Assembly (NCBI GenBank): GCA_012295275.1
Contig: CM022671.1
Location: forward strand, 21,018,001-21,082,000
Reading direction: 5' to 3'
DNA: 64,000 nucleotides
Origin: Chrysomallon squamiferum
Taxonomy: Eukaryota > Animalia > Mollusca
The translations under genes and the position numbers were made by a program. Each line of letters starts with the position of its first letter. Within the stretch, counting starts at the first letter, position 1. Shown one piece after another: positions 1 through 60,971 of the stretch. The notes beneath the pieces are model-generated. The model did no database searches and had not been told where the DNA came from. It saw only the letters and a list, made by a program, of their open reading frames with translations.

Positions 1-402
1 ATTCAAATTATTTAATAATAATTATTAATTATCTGCAACATATTACATCAATTAGACCTTTCTCTTTTCCCACCCTGAATCTAGGACAAAAGCAACTTTT
101 ATAAATGAAAATATGGAAAAAACAATCTTAATTCTTATAAAAGGAATCTGTGTTGAAATGGCCTCTGTTGAGACAGCATGAGTTCCAGAATGTTATTAGA
201 AAATATATTAGGTGGAAATAAGTGCATAACATGAACCTTTTCATCTGAAATTTTACCTTTCAGTATAGTCCCAGCTCTGTATTAGTCTAGTAAATCAAAT
301 CAGACTAAATAAAATTGAAATTCATGGTTTGAGTGTGTGTGAATGTGGATGTATTTCAGACAATATACAGGTTTTATTTTTTAACTTATTATCACCACTT
401 AC

Positions 403-46577
<46,175 letters not shown>

Positions 46578-47040
46578 TCTCTTTTGTTTGTTTGTTTTGT
46601 TTATTTGGTTAGTTTGTTATTTTATTCAGTTCTTTATTTATGTATTTCTTTCTTTATTTCTTTTAATGTATATTTATTACCTTTTTTGTGGCTTTTCTAT
46701 AATTTATTTATTTATTTATATTATTGTAATTTATTTTATTTTTATTTATTTATTTTTTTTTTTTTGTTTATTTATTTGTTTTATTCTAATTAGTATTTAT
46801 TCGATTTTTATTTATTACTACCTGTTATGTTAATAAAAACTCAAAACGATTTGTGTGTTATTAAATTATCGAATCATGTAGTCGAATAACAAACAAATTT
46901 TCCTTTTAAATAAATCTCGTTAATGTAATTATTGAAAAAAACTACAAAAAGTTTGTTGTTGTATCTCGATAAAGTTTTTAAAAACCCATTTATTAAATCT
47001 GCATCTTCATCAAATAATCATTATTTAAGAAGAAAAAAAA

Positions 47041-47091
<51 letters not shown>

Positions 47092-47813
47092 TAAAAAAAA
47101 CTCTGAAAAAATAAATGAACAGAAAAAAAATTAAAAAAAATTCAGCAGACGAAGTATTTTATGTTATTCACTATTCCTTCTTTGTCAGATGATCCAGATA
47201 AACAAAATCTTGATATAATCCTGACACACAGAATCACAGACAGTGAAAAGAATTAGGTTCCGTAGAAGACATTTTAGAATTCACTGCACATATCGTAGAT
47301 CATAAATGTTTTCTATTTAGAACTATCCAGTAATACCCAAACTTTGTGCACGATAATAATTTTTAAAAATCTTTTTTCCACACGAAAACTTTTCCAAGAT
47401 GGCACCATATAATCCGTCACAATAGTTAATTACCAAAAATACGTGTATATTTCGCCACTATCAACTACTGAATGTTATATAAATTTCTTTTCGTGTGGCA
47501 AGTTCTCTTTGTTAATTATAATTATGCATTGGTTAACAATCAAATCTCGTCGCACAGTGAAGTGTATTAGCTAGTTACTATCCACTTGCAAGTGTTTTAG
47601 GTCGTATCAAAACATCTCCGTGTCGTTTCTGAATTAAGCGTTTTGAATCTGCGCATAAATTTAGGACAAGAAGGAGTTATAACAGTCGTAGTAGTAAACG
47701 TAGTATAAGTTCTAATAACTAGTCTTTTAAATAGTTTAAGGTTACAGTAGCGGTAATATTTTGGAAATTGTCTAATTTTGTTGGCCAACGAAACTGTTAT
47801 TAAATAATTATAA

Positions 47814-47878
<65 letters not shown>

Positions 47879-47943
47879 TTCACTGATTAATTAAAAAATA
47901 AAAACAACGAAAGAAAGTAGTAAGAAAGATGGAAATAAATAAC

Positions 47944-47996
<53 letters not shown>

Positions 47997-48326
47997 ATTT
48001 TGAAGCTACATCTGAATGCATGGATTTATACATATTTCACTTTGAGAGAACCCCGCTGAAATTCAAGAAGAAGGGAATTAAGTTGGTTGACAGACTTCCA
48101 TGTGACTTGAGCAGATGCGGAAGCAACACTTAAGTGGAATAAAACTCGAATGGAATTATATATAGTTAAGACCAGTCAAAACTTAGTTTATTTGCAGCTT
48201 CATCGAGTTGCATGTTTAAACAGATTGCTATCCCTTTCCCGTCTGGAGAGAAGCAGAAAACGAAAATGTAACATGAACTTTATATGAAGTTACTTGACGT
48301 TGTATTCTTTAGCTATAGCTTCTTAA

Positions 48327-48357
48327 ACCGGAAATTTGCAACTGATGGACTTCCGGT
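48327..48357. promoter_or_regulatory. Inverted pair of ETS-type motifs upstream of the stabilin-like gene
   Basis: ACCGGAAAT (48327-48335) and ACTTCCGGT (48349-48357) match the ETS class I consensus ACCGGAAGT, in a CpG-containing island. Confidence 0.35.
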
Positions 48358-48399
48358 CGGTTGGTTACTTACGAAATCATTTACAACCAATACAACCGA

Positions 48400-48446
<47 letters not shown>

Positions 48447-48656
48447 TTAATTTAATATGGATATGTGTGTGCGGGTGTTTTTTTTTTTTTTTTTTTTTAA
48501 GACGTAATGAGAATTTCATAACTATATGGCGGTTTATCGGGGGTCGACAGGAGATAAAACTTGATAAAACTTGATATAACTTTCACTTAATCAAATGGAA
48601 ATAAAATGTATTATTAGTCACTATTATTAATAATTAAGTAACTTGATCTAATTCAT

Positions 48657-48658
<2 letters not shown>

Positions 48659-48727
<69 letters not shown>

Positions 48728-48986
48728 AAAATAAACCAATTGTTCTTTTTTTTTTAAAAATATTAGCTATTATTTTTACTCTTGATGTAATAACATACGT
48801 AAATTATAATTATTTTATCTATGAATGATTACAAAGTTGCACTACTGTTGGGTTTTTTCATTTTCTTTTTTCATTGTTTAAATAGTACACATATATACTT
48901 TTTAAAAGTTATTTTTCCTTTCTTTGAAAAAGGAAAATATTAATTTAAAACAGACGATATCACTAAAACAAAACACTTAAAACGTG

Positions 48987-49028
<42 letters not shown>

Positions 49029-49263
49029 TTTTTTAAATATTAGCTATTATTTTTACTCTTGATGTAATAACATACGTAAATTATAATTATTTTATCTATG
49101 AATGATTACAAAGTTGCACTACTGTTGTTTTTTTTCATTTTCTTTTTTCATTGTTTAAATAGTACACATATATACTTTTTAAAAGTTATCTTTCCTTTCT
49201 TTGAAAAAGGAAAATATTAATTTAAAACAGACGATATCACTAAAACAAAACACTGAAAACGTG

Positions 49264-49325
<62 letters not shown>

Positions 49326-49597
49326 AAAATAAACCAATTTGTTTTTTTTTTTTAAATATTAGCAATTATTTTTACTCTTGATGTAATAACATACGTAAAT
49401 TATAATTATTTTATCTATGAATTATGATTACAAAGTTGCACTACTGTTGGTTTTTTTTTTTTTTTTTTTTTTCATTTTTTTTTTTCATTGTTTAAACAGT
49501 ACGCATATATACTTTTTAAAAGTTATCTATTCCTTTCTTTGAAAAAGGAAAATATTAATTTAAAACAGACGATATCACTAAAACAAAACACTGAAAT
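48659..49597. repeat. Three near-identical tandem copies of an approximately 280-330 bp unit, each headed by (GA)n
   Basis: Unit ...tattagctattatttttactcttgatgtaataacatacgtaaatt...cagacgatatcactaaaacaaaacac begins near 48659, 48990 and 49268. Confidence 0.92.
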
Positions 49598-50083
49598 AAT
49601 TATTTTACAATAAACATTTACATGTACAAATGTTTACAATCGACTTCCTGTATCACAGATAGTCGAGAACCGACAAGTAAATGGAGGATAGGTTTTGTAA
49701 ACTGCTTGTCCAAAATAATAAAACATTATACACGATAAAAGTCAACATTTTAAAAACTTTTTTCTAGTAGAATTTTAATAGGTCAAATGATCTCGAATAC
49801 AATTTTGCAATATTGAAAAATTTCATAATAAAAAAAAAATAGAAAGAAAATCATAATCATGATATAAATAATAAAAGATGTTTAATTATAAAAGAAACTT
49901 TTTTTCTTATCTTCTTCTTCAAAATAAATTTTAAAAGTTGGTAAACAGGTAAATAAAAAAAATAAATAAATAAAATTAATCATGGTATGTATTAATTTTT
50001 GTTTATTAACATAGTAGGTGCACATCCGTGCAGCAAATACAAATAAATATTAAAAATTAAATATATTTTGTTTATATAAATTT

Positions 50084-50635
50084 CTAATGTTTATCGTAAA
50101 TTTCATATACAAATTTAATAGATCCTTCTTCCTGTAATTTTTGGGGAAGCCAGTCGGGATTCTCTGTCTTTTTGAAATCCTCGGTTATTTCCGGCATAAA
50201 TGTATCGCACTCAAACTCCGACATTACCCGAGTTAAATAAAGTCTGCAGCTCGGCTTTTCCATCGCCTCTCTGAAAACACTACTTCCCCCCATGACATAG
50301 ATGGATTCTACCCGTTGTGACAACTCTCCGGTTGTTGCTAAATTAACAGCCTCGTCAAAACATCTTGTCAAGTGCACGCCAAGGGGCAATTCTTTCAGTG
50401 AGTTGCTTAGAACAATGTTTATTCGATTCGGCAGTGGTCGAGACTGTTCCGGAATAGAAAACCACGTCTTACGGCCCATGATAACAGCATTTTGTTTAGT
50501 TCTATTAAATGTTGTGGATGTAATTTGTTTACACATTTTCTTATCCTTTTTTAGATGCCAGGGAATTCCTCCATCCTTGCCTATTCCGTTGTTGCGGCAA
50601 ACAGCAACTACTACATTGATTCGTTTTGCTGCCAT
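50084..50635 (-). CDS. DHFR: Dihydrofolate reductase, intronless
   Basis: 183-aa ORF with DHFR motifs VAVxxNxGIGKDGGIPW, QNAVIMGRKTWFSIP, RPLPNRINIVLS, VMGGSSV, LYLTRV, FECDTFMP, EEGSIKFVYEIY. Confidence 0.95.
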   Translation of the reverse strand: MAAKRINVVVAVCRNNGIGKDGGIPWHLKKDKKMCKQITSTTFNRTKQNAVIMGRKTWFSIPEQSRPLPNRINIVLSNSLKELPLGVHLTRCFDEAVNLATTGELSQRVESIYVMGGSSVFREAMEKPSCRLYLTRVMSEFECDTFMPEITEDFKKTENPDWLPQKLQEEGSIKFVYEIYDKH

Positions 50636-51072
50636 TAACCATTATAATGGAGTTACCCCCCATGCTTTGGGTTTCCTGAACTTGGTCTGTGTAGACGTTT
50701 CACACCCAGAGTCTATTATTAAACTGATTCTCTAATTTGTAAAATTTGCCGAATTAAAATAGTGCTTATATTTTTTAAGTGTTTGATACATCTTTACAAT
50801 CCGGGCCCAGTCTCTCATTTAATACCAAACAACCATTAATATTATAATGCGTTGAACTTCCATTCATTCATTTTACACTCATTCAACTTATCACCGGTAT
50901 TGTGTACATAATTATTATCAATCAATACTAATACTATTAATAAAAATAAAAATAAATATAAGAGTAAGAATTTTCATGTTCACAAAACGTATCGGGCAGA
51001 AAATAATTTCAGGGAGAAATCAAAACGTTTTTTTTTTTTAAAATTAAAATTTTCTTGTTCTTAATTTTTTTT

Positions 51073-51116
<44 letters not shown>

Positions 51117-51577
51117 TTTGCAGTCTTAATTGTTAAAACATTGGGCTGTGTAGTAATAAGGCTTAGGATCAACCCTATTTAGAGCAGTTCGAACTATGCT
51201 GAGTTTCTAAATAAACGAATACATACCTTTTGAGCGAAAATGATAATACAATTGATCAATCGTTAAAAGTTGCATTAGATTGACGGAAGCATTTATATTT
51301 TCATTCGTGATAAAATAAAAATTCACATAAAAATGTATTCCTCCTGTATACAATATGACGCCATCGAAAATTACATGCTAATACCATGCATGTTGTGGTA
51401 CAGTAAAAATGCTTCAATGTTTAACTAAACTAAACGATTGAAGAGACAAAAAAAACATATCTAGGCTAAAACTGATAACATTCCTGTGTAACGACTTCTA
51501 GACACATGGTCAAGTACAGCGGCAATATCATACCAGATTAGTGGACTTTAACAAACAAGCTGTTCTTTCGTAACAAT

Positions 51578-54054
<2,477 letters not shown>

Positions 54055-54178
54055 AATATTTTAAAACCACTGAGCCAACTGTGTAATGATTCTGAGCAAA
54101 CTGTAACAATATTACTGTTGTCTTGTTTAGAAATCTGTAATAATAAATATTATATTAATAATAATAATAATAAAAATA

Positions 54179-54211
<33 letters not shown>

Positions 54212-57200
54212 GATTACTGCTATTACTACTATTAGTATTGTTGTTATTACTATCATCATTGCTCCTGCTACCTTATATTACTATTATTATTATTATCAAC
54301 TCTTCTTCTTCTTTTTATTATTATTATTATTATTATTATTACATCTTCAGAACTGTAGTTTTAACATAATAATTACAAAGATGGACTTTGTTATATAAAG
54401 GGTTTAATTAAATACTAGTATCTAAACCATTGTTCTCTTATAATCTCCTACAAATTATAAATTGAATTTTCGCAATTCCCAGTCTAATTAAAATAAAATA
54501 CAAATCTAATACTATCTTAATCCCTGATGAAATATATTTCATTATGTGGTAAACCCCATTTTCATATGAAAAGAAATTAATTAAAATATAATAGTTTTTA
54601 CTTAATCTGATAATCCATCATTAAAACACTATTTTATGTTTATATATGAAAAACTGGTAGATCAGGTAATCCCTTAATATTCTGTGGAGCTTGATAATGT
54701 ATATGTTTGAATTTTTTTTTTTTTTTTGGTATCAATAATTTATTGTACCAACAAATGTTTATTTAATAAAATAATTCGATAAATTTACTAAACACTTTAA
54801 TAACGTAATTTTGTTTTTTCAATTCATCATGATTATATGAGGAAGCAATTTAATAATATAATAATGTTGTCTTCGCCATAATAATTATTATTTGACACGT
54901 TACTGACAACATCTGGCGTAATAACATTTACCTGCAAATAAAATATTTGTCAGTTTTATTAATCCTAAACATTTTGTGTTAAGAGATGTTGATGTATCAC
55001 TGCAGTTATGTAGACTATTTAAACTAAAATAAAATAAAAATTCAGAAATTTAGCGTAACAATGAAATTTCTGTTATAACGGTACTTGTTATGTTTTTGTT
55101 CTTTCTTATGTGTATATCAGCGTCGTTCCCGGTCAGATGAAACAGAGCTGTAGATCTGGTGGGAAGAATGAATCTGTTACATAAGCATTTCATGTTAAAA
55201 ATATTAAAAGTTTGAGAATTTACAAAATTCCGCTAAAGAAATGTAATTTTGAACTTATAACATTATTCATACACTCGCTTCCTTTTAAATTTGATACTTG
55301 GTACCAAATGTTATACTTTCTGTCAGATGTATGCAATCATTACGATAATCTGACATGGTTGTTCTCCTGCATGTAAATGTTTTGACTTCTATTTTGTTTT
55401 TTTTTTTTTGTTTTTAGTTTTTAATAAAACCTTTCCATTAGATTTTCTTTTTACAAATTAGTCATCATGTTTTATAACGAATAGCTTTTGTACTTATTTT
55501 CATTATTGTTATTGCTACCTTTACTATACTGTTTATAAACACACAAAAACGTGTTTAAATAATGATTGATTATTTTAGGAATTGTTAATATAAAATTTAT
55601 ATTTATGCGGGTCTGCAGCATTCATTTATTATTATAATTATTTATTTATTATTATGCTGATAGTTTCAAACTACTAACAATCGTTCATATTTTACTGAAA
55701 ATACACTGCCCATTATATTGTTTCACTGTCTTTTTGTATACAAGTATATAAGCTTAAGTTTGCTTTTGTTTTGAAATTATCGATCAGTAATTGTCAGTTG
55801 ATCTTTAAATTATTTATATAAGATCCATTATTTTTAATTTGAACATTTTCAACATATCTGTATACAAATGATTAAAATTATCTAGCCATTTATAAAATTA
55901 AATATGGATATTTGTATACTTTAAGGTTACAATTAATAATACTTTGTTTTTAATGAGAATAATTTGTACGTTTTATGTGTATTATTTTAAATATATCATT
56001 AATTTTTAAATTTTGAATATGATTGTTTCTAGTGTCACTGAAATTAAAATTTTACAGAATAAAACATTTTAACCTTTTAAGAGTAATTTATTTATTATTA
56101 TTTTTTTAATGTAAATGTTTAATGAATTTTTATCAATAATTAATAATGTACATAGGTTTTTTGTCAAAAACAAAACTAAAAATACATTATTGTTGAAAGC
56201 TGAACTATTTTTGTAATACTCGATCTTATGTGCATTAGCAAAAAATAAATATAAATTTTAGTACATTTAATAATTCATTTACATTTTTAAAAATTGTTTT
56301 ATATGCTGATGCTAAAGGACAAACAAATAGAATTTAACAAAATTTAATTATCTGGCAAGTATATCACAATAAATTTCAGCCAAATTTGTTTTTAAACTCT
56401 TTAAATCTATAGGCTGAAAGTGACAAGTATTAGTAAAGAAAACATTTAGCCTCTGGAAAATATTTTTTGTCCATTTTTTAAATACAAATATTTAATTTTT
56501 CTTAATTAACATTATAAACTGCAGTTTCTTTTATAATGTGAAAAACAGAAAATAAAAACCAAAAAGAAATCATCACTTAAATTCAAAGCAACCATCTTTC
56601 CTTTTATTAAAAAAAAAATAATAATAATAAAATAAAATAACGAAATATAAATAAAAAGTTAAAAAAAGTTATTTGCTTCAACAAATTCATTTCCATCATT
56701 ACAGTGAAAACACCAAAAAATATTTTAATGAATAACAATAAAAAGACACAAATAAAACTGGTGAACTGTCTTTATTATTCACATGCATCACAGAACTGGG
56801 TACACACAATAAGATACAATATGAAGCACTTAAAAACAATGAATAGAAGATGTATTCTTGGTTATTTAATAACAGTTTACTACATTCACATTTTGAGCTA
56901 TTTTAAACTATTAAAAAACCAAACGAATCCAAACAAACTATCATTTGAAGAGGAATTTAATGGAACACATTGTATTTGGTTAAACAGCTTATTGCACATT
57001 TACCTCGAAACAAGTGGAAACAAAAAAATCATATATTTTACCAGTGTTAAAAATGCCATTACTATAATTTGAAGAAAATTAATATCGACAGTAGTATATA
57101 CTTTGTTTAGTTCGAAATGCTATTAATATAGCCTGAACAAAATTAATATTGACATTAATATATACTCTAGCAGTATGTAGTTCAAAATGCTGTTAATACA

Positions 57201-58632
57201 GTTTTAAGAAAATATGGAAAAAGGTGAGCTTTCAAGACATTTTCACTTATTCTATATACTTTACTTTCAAACAAAATTATATACACATATACAAACAAAT
57301 ATACATACACAATGTGTACTAATATATTGTATATGTCACATATATGCACTGAATATTTTTCTTCATGTTATAAAATATTGGACAGGCTATTTTAAATTTT
57401 CACAAAATACCACCTATAAAACCTTTTGCATTCATCAGTTTCTGATGAACATACAATTTTCTGTGTTGGGTATATTTTAATAGTATTTTAAAATATTAAT
57501 ATCACAATATAAAAGTAGTTTTCAATTTAAATGTTACTAGCTATTAAATTACCTATGCATACATGATTTTCATTAAAAACCAGCCTATTTATTTATAAAA
57601 AAAAAAAACTTTTTTTTTTTCATTTTAATAATAAAATAACAGATGTTAAGACCTTGATTTACTTTTATTTACACACAATCACACATGACAACAAATAAAT
57701 ATATATAATTATGTAACAACACAAACATAATTACTGACAAACATTTTACACAATATCTAACAAAATGTTTGTTAGCACATAATTTTTAAGAAATCTAAGA
57801 AACGACTTCTGTATTACAGGTACCTTAACTTTGTTTTTAAAACAGCCAGGGCCAACCACGTTTAGAAATTTTAGAACTGAACTACATACTCTGAAACCAG
57901 ATATTAAGTATGTTTAGACAAAAACCCACCTGACTTTTAATCCCCGTTTTGGATTCAAAATGTACTTATTTAGAAAACAGAAATTATTAATAGTATGGGA
58001 AAAAATGTCTGTATTTAAAATTAAAACCATCTTGCTATAATCATTGTTTAAAAGTGTAATAAGACCTCCCAATAAAACTGTTGCTACTAATAACTCTTCA
58101 TTAAAAATCAGTGGGCAACCTAAGAAATGAAGAAAATTAATAATTTTAATTTCTTTACCTGTGTATATTTCATGTGTACTTTAAAATTTGAATGTCCTAT
58201 TATTAATATAGTTAACTATCTTTTAAAAACTATTTCTGTTTTTAATTAAATTCACAAAAGGCTCAGAAATCCTAACCACTCAACATTAAATTATTGATCT
58301 TCAGGTAAGTAACATTTAGTTTTTGTGCCAAATACATGTATATTTAAAATAAAACAGAAACCTAACCATTGTATTATTTCTATTAATACTTGGTAATCGC
58401 TGCCATGTGACACCTACATACTGTCTAGCTAAAGGGAACAAGACAAACTGAAAATTTCTTAGACTTCTATAATCTTGATTTGTGTGTTTGCACAGAAAAA
58501 AAAAAAAAAAAAAAGAAGAAAAATAATAATAATAATAATAAAAATAATAACAAATAAATAAATAATAATAATAATAAAAATCAATATATTATAATAAAAT
58601 AACAATGGTCATTAAAACTAAAGTTCTCTGTT

Positions 58633-60087
58633 CTATCGTATGCGGGTAAACAAATTAAGAACAGACTTAGATTCTTTTGTAGATCGCGTCTTGCTAAAAA
58701 CATTCCAGAAGCGAAGAGTCTCATCACCAGCACCTGTTACAATGGCTTCTCCATCAGGTGACATTGCCAAATACAGCACTCTGTAAGAATGACCAGTCAG
58801 TTTGGCTATCTGCACCAGGGAGGGATACTTCCAGACTAGAATCTGATTCTGAGAGTAACCGTGGGTGCTGACCAGTTCATTAGAATGTTTTGACCATGCG
58901 AGATTGCACACCTGAGACCCAGTGTCGACACACTGCAGTGGCTGCCCTGTAAGCGTGTTCCAAAAACGAATGCACCTGTCAGCAGTGCCTCCTCCACTCG
59001 CTAGTAATCCATGCTGATGTGGAGACCATGCAATGGCTTTCACTGCTGCCAGGTGTTCACAGTACGTATTCATTGGATTGACACTTGTCATGTTCCACAC
59101 AAACAGTCTATTGTCATTACCACCAGAAGCCATGTGCTGGTGGTCAGGTGACCACTTGAGGCCACAAACCTCTTGCCGATGACCACTGAGCTTTCTTTCC
59201 GGTGCGAGGCTCGGAGTTCGAATGTCTCGCTGGAGTATAAGTCTGTCGCGGCTTCCCGATGATAAAATATCTCCATTCCACGCAAGAGCACCAACGCGGG
59301 CAGTGTGTCCTTCGAGTGTGTTTATTTTTTTGTTCACAGCTACATCCCAAATCTGAACATAGCCTTTGTGTGTTCCCACAGCAACCAAGTTACCACTGAC
59401 TCGATCTGACCAAGATACTGATGTAACCGAGTCCCCATCCTGAGAGAGATCACAAAGTCTTGTGACCTGACTCGTGCAAGCACTCCACAGATAAACAGAG
59501 GTACCCAACCCCACAGACAGTACATTCTGTGAAGACCAGTCAACAAGGTTCAGATAAAAATCATCCTGAAGTTCAGGTGCATCTAAAACTTTAAAAGGAA
59601 TTTTGGAGATCTTACGTACAGCTTTTCTTGGTGACCGAAGTAGTTTTTGGCTCTTACTACCAACTGGGGAAAGAGAATAAGGTGAGGCATCACAAGCATC
59701 TGGGTTCCTCCTTGGAACAGTATATCTAAAAAAATTCTTACTCTCCTTAAGAACAAGTGGACTGCCTTCATCAGACTGCTGGTCCTTTAGATCATCGATG
59801 CCAGCAGAAAGTAACTCATTTTTAAGCAAACATGAATAAGCAAAACCATCTTTAGTAGTGTCACTGTTTGGCTCCTTTGCTTTTCGAACCTGTCCTGGAA
59901 ATGTAGCAGGACTTTCTGGTGCTACATTGAAATTGATGTGCCATGATGCACCAGCTCTACTTGGAATAAATCTGTCACCATACTTTTCCTTCACTGGAGA
60001 TGCAACTGGACTTGCCAAAGGTGATGAAAATGGAGAAAGCTGGCCATTCTGTTGTCGTAATAGACGCTTTTCATAATCAGGATCCAT
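58633..60087 (-). CDS. FZR1: Fizzy-related protein (Cdh1), APC/C activator, intronless CDS
   Basis: 484-aa ORF starting MDPDYEKRLLRQ, with C-box DRFIPSR, KLLRSPRK, PFKVLDAPELQDDFYLNLVDWS, seven-bladed WD40 repeats and C-terminal IR tail (LNLFTRIR). Confidence 0.97.
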   Translation of the reverse strand: MDPDYEKRLLRQQNGQLSPFSSPLASPVASPVKEKYGDRFIPSRAGASWHINFNVAPESPATFPGQVRKAKEPNSDTTKDGFAYSCLLKNELLSAGIDDLKDQQSDEGSPLVLKESKNFFRYTVPRRNPDACDASPYSLSPVGSKSQKLLRSPRKAVRKISKIPFKVLDAPELQDDFYLNLVDWSSQNVLSVGLGTSVYLWSACTSQVTRLCDLSQDGDSVTSVSWSDRVSGNLVAVGTHKGYVQIWDVAVNKKINTLEGHTARVGALAWNGDILSSGSRDRLILQRDIRTPSLAPERKLSGHRQEVCGLKWSPDHQHMASGGNDNRLFVWNMTSVNPMNTYCEHLAAVKAIAWSPHQHGLLASGGGTADRCIRFWNTLTGQPLQCVDTGSQVCNLAWSKHSNELVSTHGYSQNQILVWKYPSLVQIAKLTGHSYRVLYLAMSPDGEAIVTGAGDETLRFWNVFSKTRSTKESKSVLNLFTRIR

Positions 60088-60571
60088 CTAAAATATTGAT
60101 TTTATTTTAAATAAACTATTTTAAATTACATAATCTTTAAGCAAGGTAAAATAATTTTTTGTATTAGATCATCAACATAATAGGTAAAATATACGTAACT
60201 GTAAACCCCATCTGTAAATCATAAAAGTTAATTATTTTTCAAAATAATATAAAAAATATTTTTTTAACTTTAAGATGATCTGGAGAAATAAATAAATAAA
60301 TACATCCCTGAAAAATTTGTTTGAGACAAGTTATAATTCTATTAAAATAATAATATTCTAAAAACAAAGATTTCTAACATTCTATTTAAAAATAGGTTCA
60401 TTTATAATATATTTTCCATAACAAGTAATAATAATAATAATAATAAAATAACTGAATAAATTAAATACTAGGAAACAGAAAAATAGCATTCGTGCCATAT
60501 CCATCATCACTGTTGAGTGTTGGGTTTTCCTTTTCAAAATAACGGACTTTTTCTTACTAAAATGTACAAAC

Positions 60572-60730
60572 CTGAAGCCTGGTTCAAAATCTAATACCGT
60601 GTTTAAAAGAAAATGTATAATTTTTTTACGTATTGCTGTCTAAGTATAGATTAAAATAAACATTTCTTTCGCCACCAAATAAAGTCTTAAAAATGCGTTT
60701 AACAAAGATTTGACCTAAAAATGGCGTCAG
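60572..60730 (-). promoter_or_regulatory. Probable FZR1 non-coding first exon / promoter region
   Basis: Minus-strand donor CAG|GTTTGT at 60571. Candidate acceptors at about 60212 (TTTACAG) or 60088 (TTTTAG directly before the ATG). Local CpG enrichment and a YY1-like AAAATGGCG near 60717-60726. Confidence 0.35.
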
Positions 60731-60906
60731 GAAAATTAGACAAATCTGTACATCGTGTTACGCTACAAAGACCAGCAATTGAACCTCTCAGACCAGTCTA
60801 TTTGGGTACCAGCTATTTCACGGATCTTAATGAGCTTCTATTATTTTGTTCTTTTTTCGACCAACATAACAAATAAGGCTAATTATTACTAATCAACAGC
60901 AACGGC

Positions 60907-60971
<65 letters not shown>

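Noticed and set aside
48659-49597. Repeat arrays (also 13387-14560 and 31830-32300) as CRISPR-like
   Set aside because: Whole units are repeated with no unique spacers, no cas genes are present, and the context is eukaryotic and intron-rich.
50301-50735. 144-aa plus-strand ORF
   Set aside because: Antisense shadow of DHFR with no recognisable motif.
56704-57480. Plus-strand ORFs of 122 and 88 aa
   Set aside because: AT-rich composition with no motifs; they lie antisense to the probable FZR1 3' UTR.
59088-60076. Short alternative-frame and antisense ORFs inside FZR1 (similarly inside the GPCR)
   Set aside because: By-products of the main coding sequence, with no independent evidence.
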